Below, in pieces: positions 56,226 through 64,000 of a stretch of DNA of 64,000 nt (position 1 is the first letter of the stretch; every line of letters starts with the position of its first letter). The stretch lies in assembly GCA_950097015.1 (NCBI GenBank), contig CATNEN010000029.1, forward strand, positions 6,138,001 to 6,202,000, in the 5' to 3' direction. The translations under genes were made by a program, and so were the position numbers. Under the pieces are notes generated by a model, which was not told the origin of the DNA, did not search any database, and saw nothing but the letters and a program-made list of their open reading frames with translations. Source of the DNA: Macrostomum hystrix. Its lineage: Eukaryota; Animalia; Platyhelminthes.

Positions 56226-57831
56226 CTTGTTAACTGAGAGGATGAGTTGCTAACTGAGGGGATGAGTTGCTAACTGAGGGGATGAGTTGTTAACTGAGGG
56301 GATGAGTTGCTAACTGAGGGAATGAGTTGCTAACTGAGGGAATGAGTTGCTAACTGAGGGAATGAGTTGCTAACTGAGGGGATGAGTTGCTAACTGAGGG
56401 AATGAGTTGCTAACTGAGGGAATGAGTTGCTAACTGAGGGGATGAGTTGTTAACTGAGGGAATGAGTTGCTAACTGAGGGGATGAGTTGCTAACTGAGGG
56501 AATGAGTTGCTAACTGAGGGGATGAGTTGCTAACTGAGGGAATGAGTTGCTAACTGAGGGAATGAGTTGCTAACTGAGGGAATGAGTTGCTAACTGAGGG
56601 AATGAGTTGCTAACTGAGGGGATGAGTTGTTAACTGAGGGAATGAGTTGCTAACTGAGGGGATGAGTTGTTAACTGAGGGAATGAGTTGCTAACTGAGGG
56701 GATGAGTTGCTAACTGAGGGGATGAGTTGTTAACTGAGGGGATGAGTTGCTAACTGAGGGAATGAGTTGCTAACTGAGGGAATGAGTTGTTAACTGAGGG
56801 AATGAGTTGCTAACTGAGGGGATGAGTTGCTAACTGAGGGAATGAGTTGCTAACTGAGGGAATGAGTTGCTAACTGAGGGAATGAGTTGTTAACTGAGGC
56901 GATGAGTTGTTAACTGAGGGGATGAGTTGTTAACTGAGGGGATGAGTTGCTAACTGAGGGAATGAGTTGTTAACTGAGGGAATGAGTTGCTAACTGAGGG
57001 GATGAGTTTCTAACTGAGGGAATGAGTTGCTAACTGAGGGAATGAGTTGCTAACTGAGGGGATGAGTTGCTAACTGAGGGAATGAGTTGCTAACTGAGGG
57101 GATGAGTTGCTAACTGAGGGAATGAGTTGCTAACTGAGGGGATGAGTTGTTAACTGAGGGAATGAGTTGCTAACTGAGGGGATGAGTTGTTAACTGAGGG
57201 AATGAGTTGCTAACTGAGGGGATGAGTTGCTAACTGAGGGGATGAGTTGTTAACTGAGGGGATGAGTTGCTAACTGAGGGGATGAGTTGTTAACTGAGGG
57301 GATGAGTTGCTAACTGAGGGGATGAGTTGTTAACTGAGGGAATGAGTTGCTAACTGAGGGGATGAGTTGTTAACTGAGGGGATGAGTTGCTAACTGAGGG
57401 AATAAGTTGCTAACTGAGGGAATGAGTTGTTAACTGAGGGGATGAGTTGTTAACTGAGGGAATGAGTTGTTAACTGAGGGGATGAGTTGCTAACTGAGGG
57501 AATGAGTTGCTAACTGAGGGAATGAGTTGCTAACTGAGGGGATGAGTTGTTAACTGAGGGAATGAGTTGCTAACTGAGGGGATGAGTTGCTAACTGAGGG
57601 GATGAGTTGTTAACTGAGGGAATGAGTTGCTAACTGAGGTGATGAGTTGTTAACTGAGAGGATGAGTTGCTAACTGAGGGGATGAGTTGCTAACTGAGGG
57701 AATGAGTTGCTAACTGAGGGAATGAGTTGCTAACTGAGGGGATGAGTTGCTAACTGAGGGAATGAGTTGCTAACTGAGGGGATGAGTTGCTAACTGAGGG
57801 AATGAGTTGTTAACTGAGGGAATGAGTTGCT
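56226..57831. repeat. 20-bp minisatellite TAACTGAGGG[G/A]ATGAGTTG[C/T], about 80 copies, upstream of SAV1
   Basis: Period read directly; essentially two variable positions. Confidence 0.97.
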
Positions 57832-58083
57832 ACCATGTGATATAATTAGTAGAATTATAAATTTTTCTATAAACTAGACGAGTAGTAACTACGAGTAAAA
57901 AAATAGGATTTGGGTGCGAAATTCTGTGATAGTTGGCTTTAATATAAAATATATTGACTGTATCGTTGATTTTTTATTTAAATCTTGGCTGCTATAAGTA
58001 GAATTTTACGCATTTTTCATGATTCCAGACGCCGTTCATCAAAGAGCTCAAGCAGGTGAGCTAATTAACTGCGATCGGGAGAC

Positions 58084-61000
58084 ATGCTCTCGCGCGGCCG
58101 CAAGGAACTGGGCGGTATGAGCAGCGGTGTCACTGGCAAGTACGTCAGGAAGGAGCCAACACCGCAGCTGCAGGCCCCGTTCAGTTCGCCTCATTCGTCG
58201 GCATTCGCTACTCGCGCCTCGCCTAAAGTTGTCGCCCACGCGCCGTCGCCGCCGCCACCGGTGCCGGAACGGCGTCAGCAGCCGTCGCCGGCTTCGTCGC
58301 CCTCGGCTGCCATGCTGCAACAGCTGGGCCGGCACCAGACCATCACTAGGAAGTTCTCTTCTTCTGGCAGTTTAAGCAGCAGCGCCAGCGGACCCAGCCA
58401 GCAACAGCAGCAGCAGCAGCAGCCGCAGCAGATTAAGCGGATTCAGCAGTATCAGCATCCGGCGCCACTGCAGCATCAGACTAGCGCACAGGTTAGTGTC
58501 TGGGCCAACTTTGGTCAGTTACATTCTCAGTGGAGAATGGATTTTTTAATTCCGTCATTTCTCTCGCACCCATGCCTAAAGCAGCTTCAACAGCAACAGC
58601 ATGCGCAGCAGCCAAGGCGGCCTCTGTCAACGCACTATCCGTCCACTTGCGGTCAGGAGCCGCTTCTTCAGCAGCCATCGGCTGCATCACCTATTCGACA
58701 GAGGCCGCCGCCACCACCGCCTCCTACGCCGCCTACGCCACCAGAGGAGCTGCCTCTGCCGCCTGGCTGGACAGTGGATTGGACAGTTCGCGGTCGCAAA
58801 TACTACATTGACCATATCAACCGGGCGACCTCCTGGAGCCATCCACTGGCTAAGGAGTCTCTGCCTAGTGGCTGGGAACGGATCGAGAGCCAGGAGAAGG
58901 GCATTTATTATGTCAAGTGAGTTGGTTGTGCTTTTCATTAAATTATAAGAAGTTTGACTGAGCCTTTGCTAATGTTCCGGACCCGATTATGATACAGTTT
59001 AGATTATCTATTACTTCTAATTCTGTTCTCCCACATCCTCAGATTGGGTCGTTGCAGAACTTATAATTTACTATAAAATTTAAAGCAACGAAAAATATAC
59101 ACACCAACTTGTCCAGATGTGCTTTGTATCAAAACCCCAACCTGCAGTTTAAATGAACTGTTAACTTTTAAGGGTCCATTATATCTTATTTTTTGTTTTC
59201 CCGCCTGCCCCCCAGTCGTATCAGCAAGGTAATGCAGCTACACCACCCTGGCCTGCCATTTAACGGCGAGTCCACCCAGCAGCCATTGTCATTCGGCCTA
59301 TTCACCCGGCAGCAGCGGCCTCTGCCACGGCGGCCAGCTCTACCCCTTTCGTCAACTCCCGAGGCCTCCAGTGAACTGCATCATTATTATCAACAGCAGC
59401 AACTGCAGCAGCAGCAACAGCGTCAGTATCAGCAGCAGCAGATGCAGTGGCAGCCGCAGCCTGCTGTCTTTCTAAGTGGCAATCAGCAGCAGCAGCAAAA
59501 ACAACAGCAGCCAGCCAGCCCGCAAGTCCAGCAACATCAACAAGTGAGCAGGCAGCGGTCAGCCGGAACTGGTAAGTTGAAATTGACGAAAAACTGCCGT
59601 TTCAGTACCAGAGTATTGCCCAGTTTTAAGTTGCATTTAAGGCCAAGACGTTTCTTAACTTCGTTTTTATTTTCTCAATTTATTGCCCTTTTATAGTCAA
59701 GTAAAAATTTGGTTTTTCCTATCGCAGAATCTGTAAGCCATGAGCACTAGATTTGATTCCTTATTGCATCGTTTACTACTAAAAGACCCCATATGATTAA
59801 AATTAAATTGTCTTGGGCAATCGCATTTAGCCAAATTAGTATAGTAGACTAGCAATCTCGCTCCCCCTTTCCTGCTGCCAGCATTCATTCATTACTTCCG
59901 GTTTACTAGACTCTAAAAGACCTAAATATATATTACTAGTACTAATGCCAGTACTAATAACATGGAGAAAGGTATCTTTAATGCTTTTTCATTAACCAGA
60001 GAGGTGGGAATTCGGTCTCGGTTGCGGCCGGCTTTAACTCTAACTCTCTCTTTTTCTGCCTGTCTGTTTGTTGCCGGATGAGCCGAGAGCGCTGCTCATT
60101 TCTCAATTAGGTCTCTGCCACCCAAGAGAAGATAGATTTGGAGATCTGTCAGCTAAGATAAGGATTCATTGTTTTAAAAAATCGCTTCTGTCTGGGCTTG
60201 TCTTGGTATTGGCTTTTTATGGCACATGAGATCAATAGACTGCAAAAAATGGTGGAAATTTGAATTGATGCCTCTATTTGCACCTTGAAAATCATTTTCT
60301 AGACCCAGTTACTGCCTAGCAGAAATAAAAACATTTTTATAACCAATGCATTATCATCATAAGGATCGGCTAGACTTCACTGCTAATTTTGTTATTATGA
60401 AATGACACCAAGTTTTAAAATGTTGTGCCCTGATTTTCTGTGAACATTTGGCCTCGGCTTGCGGTGCGGTCTGGGCTATATCAGGCTTTCACCATTCATA
60501 CGGGGAATCTGTGAATTGTGAAATAATAATAATCATTGCAGGAGGGCTGTGAGCATTGGCACATCTTTTGGTGACATTAGACCCGAAGCCAGTGAGGAGG
60601 CAATTCTGCCGATTTCGCTGACTTCTGAGCACAGGCACACACTCACACAGGTGTGTACATCTACCCTGAGCTTCTCATCGTCAGGCAGTGTACTCTCTCA
60701 CTCTGCCTTGGTGAGACACAAATAGTCCCTCAAAGACACAAATCGCACGACAATGCCCCATGTTAATGTGGCCTCGCCCGGGACGGGAGCTCAGGGACCT
60801 TGGTGCGAGAGGCAAACGCGTCAGACCGCTCTGCCACTCACCCCCTAATGAATTATGAAGCCAATCAGCATAAAATGCTTACAATTAACAAATTGGCTAG
60901 ATTTATCCATTGCTTTTAACTATAATAGAAGATTTGGAAACAAACGTCACCTTGTGTGTTGTGCACATGCACTGGCTTATAATATTTATAATATATGGCT

Positions 61001-61682
61001 TATTCCTGGCTGTGTACTTTATCGCGCCACCCCCATCTCTACATTTCCCTTGCAGACCTGGAGTCATTCCTGGCTGTGTACTTTATCGCGCAACCCCATC
61101 TCCACATTGCCAGTTGCAGACTGGAGTCTATTCCTGGCTGTGTACTTTATCGCGCCACCCCCATCTCTACGTTTCCCTTGCAGACCTGGAGTCATTCCTG
61201 GCTGTGTACTTTATCGCGCCACCCCCATCTCTACATTTCCCTTGCAGACCTGGAGTCATTCCTGGCTGTGTACTTTATCGCGCAACCCCATCTCTACATT
61301 TCCCTTGCAGACCTGGAGTCATTCCTGGCTGTGTACTTTATCGCGCCACCCCCATCTCCACATTTCCCTTGCAGACCTGGAGTCATTTCTGGCTGTGTAC
61401 TTCAGGGCGCCGCCCGAATACGACGCGAAAATCCAGTGGGGCCTTTTCTCGCAGAGTGAACTGGAGCGCTCAGCCGAGCTGCTCACTCGCCTAGCCAAAG
61501 AGGAAACCGAATCGATTGTGTCCGCCTACGAGCGCTACAGGGTGGCCCTCGTCACACAGTTGCTGCGGCGAAACAGCCCTGCTGCTGGCAGCGGCAACCC
61601 CACCGTGTCCAACCCTGCGCCAGTTGCTACTAACCGATCGGAATTTCACGCTGATCCGCATCGATATTCGTCCGTGCTATGA
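58084..61682 (+). CDS. SAV1: Salvador (Hippo pathway scaffold; two WW domains plus SARAH). Exons 58084-58491, 58585-58916, 59216-59571, 61375-61682
   Basis: N-terminus MLSRGRK...[12 protein letters not shown]1 [22 protein letters not shown]...TSWSHP, WW2 [23 protein letters not shown] region [26 protein letters not shown]...[16 protein letters not shown]. Junction phases match. Confidence 0.9.
60562..60838 (-). mobile_element. tRNA-derived SINE, family 2 (SAV1 intron 3)
   Basis: Reverse complement aligns with 24372-24681 in head and body. Confidence 0.7.
61000..61403 (+). repeat. 64-bp tandem repeat spanning the SAV1 intron 3 / exon 4 junction, about 6 copies
   Basis: Unit ACCTGGAGTCATTCCTGGCTGTGTACTTTATCGCGCCACCCCCATCTCTACATTTCCCTTGCAG. 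Confidence 0.92.
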
Positions 61683-61751
61683 ACTATTTCTTTTGCTTCT
61701 ACTTTTGCTTTTGTTTTCTTTGAACGGCACACAGAGCTACTGAATCCAGAC

Positions 61752-61965
61752 TCCATCTCATCTCTCCCATGTCTCATCTCTCCCTGTCTTATCTCTCCCT
61801 GTCTCATCTCTCCCTGTCTCATCTCTCCCTGTCTCATCTCTCCCTGTCTCATCTCTCCCGTGTCTCATCTCTCCCGTGTCTCATCTCTCCCTGTCTCATC
61901 TCTCCCTGTCTCATCTCTCCCGTGTCTCATCTCTCCCGTGTCTCATGTCTCCCTGTCTCATCTCT
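61752..61965. repeat. 15-bp minisatellite (GTCTCATCTCTCCCT) in or just after the SAV1 3' UTR
   Basis: Period read directly from the sequence. Confidence 0.88.
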
Positions 61966-62634
61966 CCACTATCAATCAATCTCGTTATAATCTCATAGAG
62001 CTTCTGTTTAGCCTAACAAGGTATATTCTGATATTGCCGACAGACAGTGCAGTGCGATAAGTGAAATATTATCTGTGTGTGTCCGTTATAAAAAATTTCG
62101 GAAAGTGAAAGAAAAACAGTTTTATTAATGATGTAGTTGATTTATTAGTGTTTATTCGGTAATTTGATAATGAAAAATTCTAACACGATGGCATTGCGGC
62201 CTTAGCTTTATGCTTTTTATTTCGCTATTAAGCAACGGATTAACACTTATATTCGAGTACAGTATTACTTTTGCGAGCGCTGGCTTCCATTGTGATTTTA
62301 ATTTATATGATTGTTAGCGTACTCTGTAATGCTTATGCTATATGGCTTGTGTTAAACCTGAAATCACTTTCGGACGTCATTTTTTTATTATCGAAGTTTT
62401 CTATCCGTCAAATTTTATTCTCAAATTAGACTGTATGTACAGTTCTGTCCTGAGATAGGTCTAATAATGTGCTACAGATCCGTCTTAGCAAGTTTTTATT
62501 GAAGTTTTTGTTTTTTTATTCTTATTCGCTGGTTCCTATTTTATTTCATACCTGCTTCCTGTCCCTATTGCACTCGCTGCTGCTCTCCTCTGCCCACTTG
62601 CTCAATCTCATTTTCGACTTGTCTATCCACTTTC

Positions 62635-63085
62635 TCACTCTCCCACCACTTCATTTCTCCCCTCCCCTCCACTTCATTTCTCCCCTCTCCCCTCCCCTTT
62701 ACTTCATTTCTCCCCTCCCCTCCACTTTATTTCTCCCATCTCCCCTCCATTTCAGTTCTCCCCTCCCCTCTACTTCATTTCTCCCCTCCCCTCCACTTCA
62801 TTTCTCCCCTCTCCCCTCCACTCCATTTCTCCCCTCCCCTTTACTTCATTTCTCTCCTCCCCTCCACTTTATTTCTCCCCTCTCCCCTCCACTTCATTTC
62901 TCCCCTCCCCTCCACTTCATTTCTCCCCTCTCCCCTCCACTCAATTTCTCCCCTCCCCTTTACTTCATTTCTCTCCTCCCCTCCACTTTATTTCTCCCCT
63001 CTCCCCTCCACTTCATTTCTCCCCTCTCCCCTCCACTTCATTTCTCCCCTCTCCCTCCACTCCATTTTTCCCTTCCCTCTCCTTA
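62635..63085. repeat. Pyrimidine-rich low-complexity repeat (CTCCCCTCCACTTCATTT variants)
   Basis: Degenerate C/T-rich units. Confidence 0.85.
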
Positions 63086-64000
63086 TTTGAATTGTATCTG
63101 CCTCTAATGCTGCTTACCTGTTGTCTCAAGTTTATTGTTGAATAGTTAATGAAAGCATGTAAGCTTAAAACGGTTTTCAGTGATTGATTTTCTGTGTTAA
63201 AGACGAGATTCTTTGTCAGAGTTTAATTCTTTTTGGACCCAGAGGCCAGATAAAATTCGTTTGTTTTTACTCGCTGTCAGTTTGAATCAGATATTAATAT
63301 ACTTGTGTATTGGCTTTTTGTTACAAAGTTATTTCACTTCTTGCAGCACTATATGGCAGGAGGCAGTGTGTTTTGTGTTATAAATTGCATTTGGCACTGG
63401 TAAGGTTGGTACAGAGGGCTAAGAGTTATTCAATTGGTTCTTGCATATGGCTGCTTTTGTGTTCTAAATTTTTTTCCCTTCACACTATCAATTATACAAG
63501 TACTAAATACTCACTATGCTTAAATCTTTAAGATCTGCCTGTTTGACCGCTATTTCAGCCTACAGCCTGACTGCCTGAATGCATTTTTTCAAACTTGCTT
63601 CATTTAATTAGAAATTCTTGTTTTCAAAGTCAAACTTTTTCATCTTTAGAAGAGGCCCTAAACTGCCAGATGGCTGAGTGATTTGGTTTGGTTTGTAAAA
63701 AATGTGCATAGCTTTAACAATAAAGTGATAGACTGTGCATGCTTCAATGCAATTAAAAAGGCAGTTGCATTGTTCGGACCTGGATCTAGGCTAAACTGCG
63801 TTGACTCGAGTTCGAATCTTCATGAACTATTCATAAAATAACTTGGAATAATTTTTGCAGTTTGTTTATAAATCCTTCTCTGAGAACAGTGATTTTTATC
63901 TAAAGAATGAAATTAAAAAGTTTTCTAATTTATTCCGATAGAAAACAAAATATGTTTTGCTAGCTTTGTTAGCAAATTGTTTATCGAGTTAAAAGCATGA

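Noticed and set aside
56226-57831. CRISPR-like regular array
   Set aside because: No unique spacers, eukaryotic context and no cas genes. The same applies to all other arrays.
58029-58055. Small upstream SAV1 exon or trans-splice acceptor (TTCCAG|ACGCC...GCAG|GTGAGC)
   Set aside because: The donor lies only 28 nt before the ATG with no acceptor between; cannot be supported without transcript data.

Overview
Eukaryotic (metazoan) genomic DNA with GT-AG introns. The minisatellite-filled introns, GC-rich exons and tRNA-derived SINEs suggest a Macrostomum-type flatworm (inference, not shown by the sequence). Genes reconstructed by hand: (1) the 3' part of a catalytically dead cholinesterase-fold/neuroligin-like membrane protein (+, <1-3218); (2) an elongator tRNA-Met(CAT) (-, 4261-4333); (3) a large VPS13D gene (-, ATG at 39377, 29 phase-consistent exons = 4363 codons down to 4582, with no stop codon or C-terminal exons in the window); (4) an intronless linker histone H1 nested antisense in a VPS13D intron (+, 11182-11898); (5) a cytosolic 5'-nucleotidase II, NT5C2 (+, 47477-53491); (6) Salvador/SAV1 (+, 58084-61682). 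Also present: copies of two tRNA-derived SINE families (one nested in the other, one with a 13-bp TSD), a decayed non-LTR retrotransposon fragment, and more than 20 different minisatellite arrays. Most long ORFs in the supplied track are artefacts of those arrays. The most striking unexplained structure is that most large introns are a short core plus a private minisatellite, several arrays multiply splice-signal mimics, and in SAV1 the repeat unit is the intron/exon junction itself (six tandem acceptors, one giving an in-frame 85-aa insertion ahead of the SARAH domain).
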